Source: Vicugna vicugna (Eukaryota). From it: a stretch of DNA of 64,000 bases. Numbering within the stretch: position 1 is the stretch's first letter; every line of letters starts with the position of its first letter. Below the pieces are notes generated by a model. That model searched no databases. It was not told the origin of the DNA and saw only the letters and a list, made by a program, of their open reading frames with translations. The translations under genes were made by a program, and so were the position numbers. The stretch is taken from contig MU058221.1 in assembly GCA_013265495.1 (NCBI GenBank), positions 3,784,001-3,848,000 of the forward strand. The letters are read 5' to 3'. This document shows positions 52,303 to 64,000 of the stretch, one piece after another.

Positions 52303-52600
52303 ATTTTTAATTAAAGTACAATCGGTCACAATGTGTCCATTTCTGGGGTACAGCACAATGCCCCAGTCATGCATATACAAACATATATTCATTTTCATAT
52401 TCTTTTCCATTAAAGGTTATTACAAGATATTGAATATAGTTCCCTGTGCAAAAATTTGGTTTTTATGATTTTATATATAGTGGCTAACATTTGCAATTCT
52501 CAAACTCCCAAATTTATCCCTTCCCAACCCCTTTCCCTCGGCAACCATAAGATTGCTTACTATGTCTGTGAGTCGTTACTGTTTTGTAGATGAGTTTATT
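52303..52600 (-). mobile_element. L1 3' UTR fragment
   Basis: Antisense L1 3' UTR including 'caaactcccaaatttatcccttccca' and 'ggcaaccataagatt'. Confidence 0.8.
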
Positions 52601-52754
52601 TTTTATTTGATAATTGCCATCTATTTGGGGGCTGCTTTCTCAGATAATTTTTGGTCTCCACCTTCCAGGTCCTATTCTGATTTTTGTTTCCCATGTGTCC
52701 ATCCTGAATGGTTGGGATCATTGTTTCCATAATTAGCTCTTTTCTTGCCTAAAC

Positions 52755-52920
52755 TTCTTTTTTTTAATTGAAGTCTAGTCAGTTGTGTCAATTTCTAGTG
52801 TGCCGCACTGTACTTCAGTCATACATATACATACATATATTCCTTTTCATATTATTTTTATTATAGATTACTACAAGATATTGAATATAGTTCCCTGTGC
52901 TGTACAGTATAAACTTGCTG
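52755..52920 (-). mobile_element. L1 3' end
   Basis: Poly-T followed by 'aattgaagtctagtcagttg...ctacaagatattgaatatagttccctgtgctgtacagtataaacttg'. Confidence 0.8.
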
Positions 52921-54194
52921 CTTCATAATTATCTTTTTGTTTGTTTCCAAGACTCCTTATTAATTCTTCATCTAAATTTATTATTCATGGTTCATATTTG
53001 TGGTTTCCACACTTCCCAACATGAGCATGTTAACACGAAAAGTATTTTTCTGAGTTACCTTTTCATTGTACTTCCTTTATTGTGTGTGTATGTGTGCGTG
53101 TTTACCATTTGCTGGTTTAACTGCTTTTTCATTGTACTGATATTCTTCACTATATTTGTTTTCGATTTTGCATGTATTTTGAAAACTTACATACGCAGGA
53201 GCTACAATGCTGCAGAATTTTAAAGGCAGTGGCAGACCTGCCACTGTTTTGTGTAGCCCTGTGGCTATTCTCTTGGGCCCTTTGCTGCTGTGTTTCCCCA
53301 GGCATCGCTGGTCTCTCTCTGAGGTCCCGCCCTTTCCCTAGACCGAGCTTTCACACTTGCTGCATCTTCTTGGTGATGACCCCGTCGCTTTCTGCGAGGC
53401 CCTGCCGGGAGGCGGTGTTGTGAGCGTCATCTCAGCTGGCATTCTCTGAGTTATTCCTTCTTAGCATGCATCGTTCAGCCTCTAACAAAGTCATGCTGTT
53501 GGATTTTACCACCTCTGACCATGAGCTAAAGGAGTAGAGATGCTAAGTACACAAGAGAGGCAGGGAGGTGTTCTAATGACTGTCAACGTCTTGAAAGAAT
53601 GAAGACAGTCTATGCCCAGAGTTAAAACTTGGCACACCTGTTGGCGGTCACAGGTATTAGGGACACAAAACTAATAGGCAAACCGGATTCTCAGGTAAAA
53701 TGATACGTAACTCTTTATAGGATCGTTAGTATATTGCAGAAATCAATGCCAACTTAGGAAACATTTTCAACAATTAGGAAATATGAAATGAGGATCCACG
53801 ACGACTACAGAAAAAGAGAGATGCCTTTGTAAAGGTGCTTCTGTAAATCGCCTAAAGGTGAGAAACTTGACAGAGAAATGAGATAATACAGCCATTTTGG
53901 GGAGCAAGGGAGAAGAAAACAAAGAAACGAAATAACTAATAAACATCTATGTCTAAAGATCTGAAAATGTTAAATGTTACGAAAAGAAAAGAAGGAAGGG
54001 AGGAAGGAAAAAACAAACCAGACTTCATTTGATGCACAAAGAGCCAAACTGGTTCAGTTCGAGTAGCAGGTACAATTGTTTTTGGCCATCTCTCTAGTGA
54101 AAAGGGTACAAAAGGGCAAGAGATGATAAAGCACAAAGGAAAAGCAGGGAGAAATGCAAGGTAGCTCTAAATGTCTGAAGTCACACTAATAAGA

Positions 54195-54324
54195 GGGGAG
54201 GGTGTAGCTCAAGTGGTAGAGCGCACACTTAACGTGCATCCAGGTCCTGGGTTCAAGCCCCAGTTCCCCCATTAAAATAAATAAATAAGTAAACCTAGTC
54301 ACCTCCCCCGCCCAAAAAAAAAAA
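54195..54324 (+). mobile_element. tRNA-derived SINE (camelid Vic-1-like) with 14-bp TSD
   Basis: A box 'tagctcaagtgg', B box 'ggttcaagcc', (AAAT)n and poly-A. TCACACTAATAAGA (54181-54194) versus TCACACTGATAAGA (54325-54338). Confidence 0.92.
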
Positions 54325-56159
54325 TCACACTGATAAGAATTTTAGTAGGAAAAAAAAGGAAAAAAGAACAGGTGGATAATTTAAAAAAACATTCTTGGAC
54401 CTGAAAACAGAAAAAAGAAAGTCATTACATGGGACAGAATCACCGAGAACCAAGCAAAGTCAAGAAAAAAAAAATAGTACTTGCATAATTTATGTTGCGG
54501 CAAACAAACATACAAATTGCACCAAAGATAATGAGCAAAGTATTTACTAATGAGTCAATGTTAACTAAAATAGTTTAAATATGGGACGCTCTCAGTTGCT
54601 TCACTGTTAACAGCAATATAAGGGTTGTTAAAGAGACGTTAGTTTGGAAAACCCTGCAATTAAAGTTTATTTAGGAGCCTACAGAGGGATCTGTCCAGAT
54701 TCATTAAAAGGAAATGAGGATCAAAATAAATTCAAAAAATTTTAATTCTGGTCCTCGTAGGTGTGATAGAATTTTCCTTGAGGAAAAACACTTTTAAAGT
54801 CAAGTATATAACAAATGATTATGATTTGGAGATTAGACACATGCACCCATGAATGAATGAAAAATGTTACATAAATGGCTATTTGAGCTTGGGGTGGACT
54901 TTCCATATGAATTTCAAATGTAGAGAAAGAAAGGTCTGTATTTTAAACAATAGAGAATGGAAGAATATGAAATGATCTAACGCAAAAAGAATCTCTATTA
55001 AGACAAACAGTACCATGAAAGACACCTTAGAGACTGGAAATCCAAACTGTTTAGGGGAACAACAGTGTAAGAAAGCAGTATTTCAAACTAAACCATATTT
55101 TTTGGTAATATGTTATTTCAAATACTTCTGTTATTTGAAATTAGTGACTTCAACATTGTAAACATGCATTACCCATTTTTGTTTCCATGAAAAAAAAAGT
55201 TGTATATTGGGTAGGCTAAAAACTTTTAAGTTATATTTTTGATGGAGAGATGGATTTTTCCCTTAAATTTGATGCTGCCATATATTTGTGCATGGCAATT
55301 TTCAGCCTAGAAGTAAATAGCTATCCAAGTTAATATTTAAATGAAGAGGAAAAAAATAGATTTTTCTTCATGAAATGACTTGGAAATCGTACTGTCCAAA
55401 GATCACACCGAATTAACTGAGTAGTTACTACAGCCAAATGTGAATTGTATCCAAGGAAGAGGATGGCACAGGGAAAGTTAAAGTAGTAAGAAAAAGGCTA
55501 TGTATTTAATTAAATCAGTTGTGTGTGTGTCTGTGTGTGTGTCTGTGTGTCTGTGTGTGCATTGACATCATTCTATAACTATGTTCTGGATGCTCTATAT
55601 TTCCCATGTGGTAGAAGTAAGATGAAGAAGAGAACAAGGTGGATTAAGATTCCTATCTTTCATAGATATTGACCTCAACTGAAAAATACTAGTTTGTTGT
55701 GTTAAAGTGATCACCAAAGAGCCTTAATCTCTCCACATAATGCTTCAGTCCCAAGTATCTGCTTCTGTATTTGTTTTTAAATGAAATTGTATTGAGGACT
55801 TAGGAGAAATTAATAACTTCCTACCAGCTTATAACTAAGAAATGGATAATAGAGATTGGATGAGCGTCAAAAAGAGTATTGTCTTCAGTATCTGCCCTGT
55901 GCTGAAGAACATAGATTAAAACTCATCCAAGATGAAATATTCTACTATGCTGCCCATTATTCTCCCCCAAATCTTGAGACTAGGAGTTAGGGCCCAGCAA
56001 TTGAGGCTGTAAAGCAGAATGTGATACTGACATAGCAGTAGGGGTGTCTCTGAGCAGGTGTTTGACAGAGACGCCCAACCCTTATGATCTTATAAGAGAA
56101 TTGTCTGTGCGTTACCAGATGTATGTAGTCAAACGATGTCAAGATATCTCTGTTTGATC

Positions 56160-56199
56160 CTATATGTATATAAACACACACATATATATACATACATAC

Positions 56200-56236
<37 letters not shown>

Positions 56237-56285
56237 AACAGAGAGAGAGAGAAACAGAGATAGACACAGAGACACAGAGAGATAG
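56160..56285. repeat. Compound (TA)/(CA)/(GA) microsatellite
   Basis: Directly visible. It lies where MLT2 LTRs carry their dinucleotide tract. Confidence 0.9.
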
Positions 56286-56635
56286 ACTTGTTTTTAGGAA
56301 TTGCTCAGGCACTTGTGGAGACTGACCAGTCCGAAACATGGACAGTGGAACAGCAGGCCAGAGACCCAAGGAAGAATTGATCTTGCAGCTTAAGTCCTAA
56401 AAAAAAGTCTGGGCACAATTCCCTGTAACACAGGAACCTCAATCTTTTTCTCTTAAGGCCCTCAACTGATTGGATGAGACCCACCCATATTATAGTACCT
56501 TACTCAGAGTCTGCTGATTGAATAATAACTTCATCTAAGAAATACCTTGCCAGTGAATCCCATCTATATTGCCGTTTGTTCCGATATCTGGGTAGCATGG
56601 CCTCACTGCACTGACACATAAAATTAACCATCACA
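56286..56635 (-). mobile_element. MLT2 (ERVL) LTR
   Basis: 'taggaattgctcaggcacttgtggagactg...ctcttaaggccctcaactgattggatgagacccaccca...tgacacataaaattaaccatcaca' is the characteristic antisense MLT2 end. Confidence 0.85.
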
Positions 56636-57114
56636 CTTGAGAATATGATTCTGACCTATTTATTGAGTCTATAACAGGGCAAGTTTAAAAACAGTGAATA
56701 TTTAAATGACAAAAAAATAAGATTAATAAGTACATTACAAACAGTATAATCTGACATGCATATAGGCACATACATGTGTGATCTCAAAAAACTTACTTTC
56801 TTTTTTTTCTGAAAAGTACAAGTCATTATGAATTTATTATTTACATGACTGTTAAAGTAAACAAAATAGAGTGGTAATACAAATGAGCAGTTCAGAGAGA
56901 CTGGTTACTTACTAATACACAGGTTGATACAGATACTTTAATTATGTTTCTTACAAAATTAGATGTGGGAATGATGAAAAAATTAAAATAATGATGAAAA
57001 ATTAAATATTGGAGAAGGCAAGAATTCTTCGTAACCAAACATAATGAAGGATTCAAGATTTAAGTTCATTTATCAATTTTTTTTAATCTTCTTCACTGTT
57101 TTTGTGATTTTAGT

Positions 57115-57230
57115 CATTATTTTTAACTGAAGTGTAGTCAGTTACAATGTGTCAGTTTCTGGTGTGCAGCACAATGTCTCAGTCATGCTTACACATACAT
57201 ATATTTGTTTTCACATTCTTTTTCATTTAA
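57115..57230 (-). mobile_element. L1 3' tip
   Basis: Same sequence type as 905-1045. Confidence 0.75.
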
Positions 57231-57559
57231 TCACTTTATTTTAAATTACACTGGGGCATGAAGAAGTAGTCGAAATAAATACCTGGATCAGTCGATCGTA
57301 TTTAAAGATCAGATATGCTGGTCTTGTTTATTTTCTGCCCCTTCCCTAGAAAATGTGGGAAAAAGAGATACATCTTTTTGTATTTAAAATAGTCAAGAGC
57401 ATTTGATATCCAGACATGTCACAGACTCTTCCGCGCTACGGGAATCCTAAATGCTGGAAACATGGTGAGAGACAACCAAAGGAGAACTCGGAAAGGTCCG
57501 ATGGACAGATGAACTGGTTAGAGATCTCAAGACAGGCGTCTCGCCATTCTCACACAACA

Positions 57560-58480
57560 GAACCGTGTGGCCCAGCCTGGAATTTCATGGCCCCCAACTT
57601 AGCAACTGAAGGCGACCTGAGTAGGAATGAACGGGAATTCCACCACCAAGCTCGGTGGGCCTGGCAGCACTGGCAGGGGGTATTAATCAGGCACCCCACT
57701 GACAGAGGATGGTCCCTTGTTTCCCCGTACCCTCCTGCCTGGGTCTGAGCCCAATTCCCCTAAGTCACAGGCATCAGGAGGTGCCCCCCTCCTCCAGATG
57801 TTGGATGGATTAAACCATAACGTGTGGCAGGCACAGGAAACCTCCGTTCTCTGCACCCCAGATTTCCCTCTCCCTCATTTATAGACAGGTGACAGCAACA
57901 AGACAGTCCTGCCACAAGGAACGCCAGGCCTAGGGGAGCCTCTTTGCTCCTGTGGGCTGGACATCCTTTTCCTATGTCTAGAGGAACAAGGTGGCCCATC
58001 CTGGGGAAATTGCTTCCACTACCACGGGCAGGAAGTCCAGGGACCACCAGATAAATCAAGCAGAAATAACACACAGCAAAGGCTCTGAAAAATTGTCATT
58101 GGAAGTATAGTTCAAAAAGGTTGGCCAAAAACTACATTCAACTCAAAATTAAGGATTTAAGTAGAACCCAGAATTCCTACCAGAAAAAGAAAGTCCATGC
58201 TACAAGACAAATAACCACTCCCCCAACAGGGAAATCATAACTTTAATGACAAAAAGCCAACACATAGATAAAAAGATGTTGAAATTATCTGAAAAGGATT
58301 TTAGAGCAGCCATCATAAAAATTGCTTCAACAAACAATTACAAATTACCTTCAGACAAATGAACAAAAAAGTTAACTTACGGGAAAGAAAAAAAACTGAA
58401 ACTATTCCAAACGGGAAATTATGGAATCCAAAATCATAGTCACCAATATCAGAAACACAGAATATGGGCTGAGTGGCAAA
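57560..58480 (+). mobile_element. Old L1M 5' UTR / ORF1-start relic
   Basis: GC-richer block passing into A-rich 'agatgttgaaattatctgaaaaggattttagagcagccatcataaaaattgcttcaac', typical of L1MC/MD ORF1. Left boundary uncertain. Confidence 0.55.
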
Positions 58481-60665
58481 GGAGGGCAGAATCCTTCTTC
58501 CCGAGATGATGCGGTCATCCATCTCAGTTTAGTGTTTGCGCTCTCATACTGACAACATTTCTGCTTCTAGAGCAGTAACTTCCCGGGAAATAAAAGTGGC
58601 TGGTCATTTATTTGACCAGCTCTTAACAGTATTCCATTGGGATTATTTACCAGGCTCCTTTACGCACTCATCTAGAAAACAAACAGAAAGAACTCATTTG
58701 GAGTAAGTTCCAGTTACTGGAGAGCAGTCCACTGTCCAGATATTCTTAAACTCGCAAATATTCAGCATCACTAAATTTACCTCCTTCACCAGCGAAACAT
58801 CAGCAGAGCCGTCTGCTGAGTCATTATAATTGTGTTAACAAAAACCAAAAAAAAATAAAAAATAAAAAGAGATAAAATATGGATGTGTTTTCAAAGTTTC
58901 CTGTAATGAATGTTGAAGTTTAAACTTTGTGTCTAATTCATTTCTTCTGATAATATATGTGAGCTTCTGGCCTCCAAATGGCCTTTAGAGTTTGCTCAGG
59001 AACACACTTCAGAATTTACTACCAACTTGATAGCGCTTTTAATTTAGTGGAGCAAAACTGTAATGCAATAGTGTCCCTAAAGTAAAAAGTAGTATCATTA
59101 TTTAGCGGGTGTTAAGTTTCTCTAATGAAATCAATTCCAATTTATGCTCCTTTTGTTATAATATATAACTTTCTTTAAAGCATGCATGTTCAGCTGCCTG
59201 GGATAATGGCATCTCAAGACTCCACTCTGTCCTGGCTGATCGGATGGATAACTCAGAAATCACGCCCAGAGTTGGGGGTTGTGTTGGGGGCTCACGAGAT
59301 TTGCTCTAATATAGGAAACGCTGACAAACAGACCTTCCCTTTTTCCTTTTGAGAAATGCAGTGAAACCTTATCTGCCACCGTGGACATTAATAACAGGAA
59401 ACCAGAAGTCAGGGAGAGAGCGGGTGTTACTGAGAACCAGGATAATGGGCAAAACTGCGCTCACGTGTCCCACCATTCACTCTTTTAGAAATGCTGCAGC
59501 TGCTTTGTGATGGGCCGTTGGAGTTTAATCCAAAAAAGAACATACAGTTTAATGTTCTCAATGACTAAAAATAACATAAACTGTGTCGAGCATGAATAAA
59601 AGATACAAAGTCTGTCATTTGCAATATGCTTGTGTACTTGGTGCGCGGATATAATGTTGCCACTGGTGCTCGTGGAGGAAGTGATTTATTAACAGAGGAG
59701 AGTGCTGCTTACCTAGTCAATGATGAAATGTCACAATTATGTGCTAGGTGAATTATTTCTCCAAATTTACCCAAGAGGCAAAGCCTGAGATGGAAGACTC
59801 TCGCTTTTACCTTCTGTCACACAGAACGTAGTTAAATTAAAAGTATTTTATTTAGCTCACAAGTTGTCTATAAAAATTGGTGGATAGAAACAAGATTACT
59901 TTCTCTTAAGGGGTGGAAAGCTGGGTTTTAATCACCTCCTTCATTTGCAAATAGTGGCGGTAGCCCCTTGCCAGGGCGCATGTGTTCAGCGCCCTTAAGT
60001 GTGACTTCTTGCTGCTGAGGATAATTTCAGGAGGCAATGTGCAAGCTCTTTCTCTCCCAGCGCCCACCTCCTTCTTCGCAATGGCGTTTAATTCAGCACA
60101 CCTTAGAACTTGAAAACAAGATGCATGCACACAAGCTCTAAACTCTTAGCATCCAATAGTTTTTGAGGCAGGAGCAAAGTCCTCAGTCACTTCCCGGGTC
60201 TCACCTCATTCCACTCTTTCTCCCCTCTAATGTCTATGATGTGATTTGTTGAGAACGTGTTTGTTTCTTCTTTTTTAACAACAACAATCATTGGCAATTA
60301 AATGTAGCTAGAACCTCCTGGAGGAGGGTAACTAGACACTCCTGGAACCCCCTGGTGTGATACTGACAATTTGGGACAGACTGTCTGCACCCCCATATGC
60401 CAGTTTAAAGAGCATTGAATGCTTAACAAAAATTTTAATGACGGATTAAGTGATAGAAGTAAGTCTTCCCGGGTTTACTTACTCAGAACTCTTGCTGTAA
60501 ATGTCTCCGTGGTTCATATTAGAATTCTGAGGGATGTTCCTAGGCCTGAGGACTGGATCATGTCCACTTCTCCCTGTATTTTTCTTCCCTTTGCTATCTG
60601 TGACTCCCTTATACCCTACACCATATCTGCACACATCTGTGAGCTCTAACAATGACATTTCTCAG

Positions 60666-60796
60666 GGTTTTTTTGTTTTGTTTTTTGGGTGGAGGGGGTA
60701 ATTGGGTTTATTTATTTTAATAGAGGTACTGGGGATTGAACCCAGGACCTCATGCATGCCAGGTGCTTGCTCTACCACTGAGCTATACCCTCCCCC
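60666..60796 (-). mobile_element. tRNA-derived SINE (camelid Vic-1-like) with 13-bp TSD
   Basis: Reverse complement of the 54195 family. TGACATTTCTCAG (60653-60665) versus TGACATTCCTCAG (60797-60809). Confidence 0.92.
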
Positions 60797-62940
60797 TGAC
60801 ATTCCTCAGCTTTGACATCCCATTGGTTTATGCAGTTATTCTGACTCAAAGATGCTGCTCTACTCAGACTTCTGGCCCTATAATGGTTACACACTGTGAG
60901 CCCACACAGTGAATTCAATCATGTTCTGCTCCTTGGTTAGAAAAATTCCCGTCCTCCTCTGGCCCCATCTGATTTCGCCACCTTCCATAGCCTGTGATTC
61001 ATGGCTGACAGAAGAGAGACTTCAAATAAATAATAATAATAAAATAAACAAAATTCTCTTCCTTACTGTATTTCATTCTCAGCATAAGGATCTATGATGT
61101 GTGTTCTGTGTAGGTTACAAGTTTTAAAACGATGGACAAATGACCTAGCATCGCACATACAAAGTGCCAGTTGCATGATCCTTCGGAAAAGTTGGTTTTT
61201 ATATACTGTCAGGTCATCTGGGTTGTTATTTGCAATAAAGAACTCGAAGAGACAGTGCTTCTTGGAAAATGCACACGTGTACTTAAGTCATTTATTTTTC
61301 ACCTGTCAAAATAATTTGTACATTGACACCAAGAGACCAAATCGTCTGGATATTTAGAACAATTAGTATCTCTGTGTGCAGCAGTCGTCTGTGCCTTGGA
61401 TGTAGGTCTTTGTAAGAAGTATTTTTTTCACTTGGGTATTAGTGATATTCCACCTTCAGCAGCATGAATGATTTAGGATGCAGTTGATTTCTACTCAGTG
61501 GCTTGTTTTCAGAACGTAAGCTAACGTTGACAGTGTATCTGAGGAAACCCTTCAAGGGAAGCTGTTTTATGCGTGCAGCATAAGCTTCGGAAACTGATAG
61601 GTGCCAGGGAAAGGCTGTCACTTTTCTAAGTAGTTAAGATACAGATGGAACATTTTAAAAAATGAGTGCAGCGCTACACATGTCCCAGGCGCTACCTTTT
61701 CATAATTCTGCATGCTACTGCTTCGCCTTTCATCGCTCCATTAATTGAACTCTGCTAATAAAGACTCTCATATATGACTATTTCTGCTCTCAACCGATCA
61801 TTCTGGATAAAGTGCGTTCACAGGCAGGATTTCACTTTCTGTTAATCCACTTTAAGCCGTGCTCTCTGAACATGCTTTGCAACTAAATGTGGTGACAGTC
61901 TTTCCCCCAAAAAATTGTTAAGAACTCATACGAGGTGACGGAAGGTGGCTCTGAAATCTCAGCCGTCTTGTTCCCCTTGTTTCTTCTCTCCCTTCCCACC
62001 TGTAAACCTTCCTGCTTCCTCCCGTGGGATTTCTGTCATAACACTCCTCTTCTCCAGCTCTACTGCCTCATGGAGTTTAGGACTCACTTGAACAATGTTT
62101 CATGTCACGGCCAGAGGGTAGCTCCAGACGAAAGACTTACATCCGAGCTGTAACGCAGCTTCTCCAGATACCAACGAGAAACGTAGTGTAAGTTCATGCA
62201 CCGTGTTCTAAAGAATTCTCCGAAGGTACATGCTTTTAAAGTTATCTGTTCTCTTTCTATTATGTTTATGATTTATATTATTAAACCTTTTGAAGAGCCC
62301 TCGATTAAAGTTCAGAAGCTTCTATGAAGAAAGCTCAAGTTAAACACCTTAATGGGCATTTTTGGCAAAGTTTCAGAGCAAATATTCTGTTCAAAATAAG
62401 ACAGTGTGTGAGCATGAAGAGATCGGGGTCTGAGAAGTAATGGGAGACTGGAGAACATTGAGGATGTACCCAGTGCTGTTCAAGCTGCTCCACTCTGTTG
62501 ATCAAATCTGAGACATTGAATTGAAAATAACTATATATGTGTCATTAAAAAAGTGATTTTTGTGTTCACTGAATGATACTGGTGTCAAGTATGGAAATTT
62601 TGTTACCAGGCACACAGCATGTAAGTACAGTGTCAAACATTGTTGGTTGTAATTTTAGACATTGTCGATGATTAAATTATGACCTATTTTTGGACTGAAA
62701 AAGAGGAAAAATGAGTAAAAAGAAAGAGATCAGAATCAATAACATAACTCAAAATGTCTGATCAGAACATATGAATGACGGTTGAATATTTTCTTTTCTT
62801 ATTTCCAGGTCATTTGAGACTTATTCTAGTGATAAACCTGCAGCCCAAGTAAATGCAAAGTTAGCTTCTTAGGACTAAAAAACCCACCATTTGTATAACA
62901 TTTCTCAAAATTTCATCTTTACTAACTTTTTCTGGTAATC

Positions 62941-63434
62941 TGACTGGATAAATAGGTATGGTATATTTATACAATGGAATACTACTCTGCCATAAAAAAG
63001 AATAAAATACTGCCATTTGCAACAACATGGATGAATCTAGAGATTGTCATTCTAAGTGAAGTAAGCCAGAGAGAGAAAAAAAATACCATATGATATCACT
63101 CACACGTGGAATATAAAAAAAAAAAGACAAATGAACTTATTTATAAAACAGAAACAGACTCAAAAACAGAAAACAAACTTATGGTTACCAGTGGGATATG
63201 GGGTAGGAAGGGATAAATTGGGAGTTTGAGATTGGCAGATACTGACTGGTATATATAAAATAGATTAACAAGTTTATACTATACAGCACAGCAAACTATA
63301 TTTGATATCTTGTAGCAGCATATGGTGAAAAAGAATATGAAAACAAATATATGTATGACTGAAGCATTGTGCTGTACACCAGAAATTGATACAACATTGT
63401 ATATATATACTTCAATAAACAAAGTAAAAAAAAA
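62941..63434 (+). mobile_element. 5'-truncated L1 (ORF2 last codons + 3' UTR + A tail)
   Basis: 'ggtatatttatacaatggaatactactctgccataaaaaagaat' ([14 protein letters not shown]) through 'ttcaataaacaaagtaaaaaaaaa'. Confidence 0.92.
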
Positions 63435-64000
63435 TCAAAAGCTTTAAAACTTACTGCTCAGGAACTGAGAGAAATATGGGATAACGGTGGAGAGAGAAAT
63501 TACTAGCGTGACAAGAGAGATCGCGTGCGTTTGGCTAACAGATTTAAGACATTTCACAAGCAGAAAGGTAAAACTCTTACAATAAGAAGCTGTGGTCAAG
63601 CTCAAGTTCTCATAACAGCCACCAATAAAATCCAAAGTGTGGTTATGCCTATGCCAATCCAAAGATAGCCTATGCCAATCGAGAGGGACTGCATGTAATC
63701 AACTTCTACCAGACTCGTTTAACTGCCAGGTGGCACATTTAAATGTTATTACCATTTTTCACACGGGTCAAATTAACTTAAATGAGTTGGCAATTACTGT
63801 AATAAGAATGACATTTTCAATTACTTTTCCGTATTTCACATAAACAGAAATGGGAAGCTGAAAATGTATGTCTGGCAGCTTTCGAGACAAGGAGTGAGTT
63901 TGTAGGGAGAAGATAAGGGAATCGGGGCAGGGGTGGAAGAGACACTTTCCCTAGAGAGCATGGAGCGGATGCCTCGTCTGTCTTTGAAAGGGCAGAGGAA

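Noticed and set aside
54195..54270. tRNA gene (also 60720-60796)
   Set aside because: A and B boxes are present, but they are followed by a SINE tail, poly-A and TSD, so these are tRNA-derived SINEs.
1..64000. CRISPR arrays, operons or other prokaryotic systems
   Set aside because: The sequence is mammalian (L1, L2, MIR, SINE and LTR content, no gene-dense ORFs), and I saw no regularly spaced repeat-spacer array.

Overview
AT-rich, repeat-dense mammalian genomic DNA, intergenic or deep intronic. The young L1 3' UTRs and tRNA-derived SINEs point to a camelid (alpaca/camel); this is pattern recognition, not a database result. I found no intact protein-coding gene. The ORF track is explained by L1 ORF2 remnants, shadow frames of a pseudogene, LTR sequence or chance. 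The best-supported non-TE features are two retrocopies. One is a 5'-truncated processed pseudogene of the KMT2B (MLL-family) SET/post-SET C-terminus plus 3' UTR on the minus strand (~44834-45372). The other is a full-length U6 snRNA fused directly to an L1 3' end (23514-23870). The window also holds several unusual L1 products: a short L1 with an apparent 3' transduction (38428-38667), a young/old chimeric L1 (4188-5066), and a tail-less L1 fragment inside an 11-bp direct repeat (51052-51169). There are also clean TSD-bounded L1 and SINE insertions, several solo or partial LTRs (one nested in an old L1MC), DNA-transposon relics, L2/MIR relics and microsatellites. I see no convincing evidence of a new biological system; the interest lies mainly in retrotransposition mechanisms.
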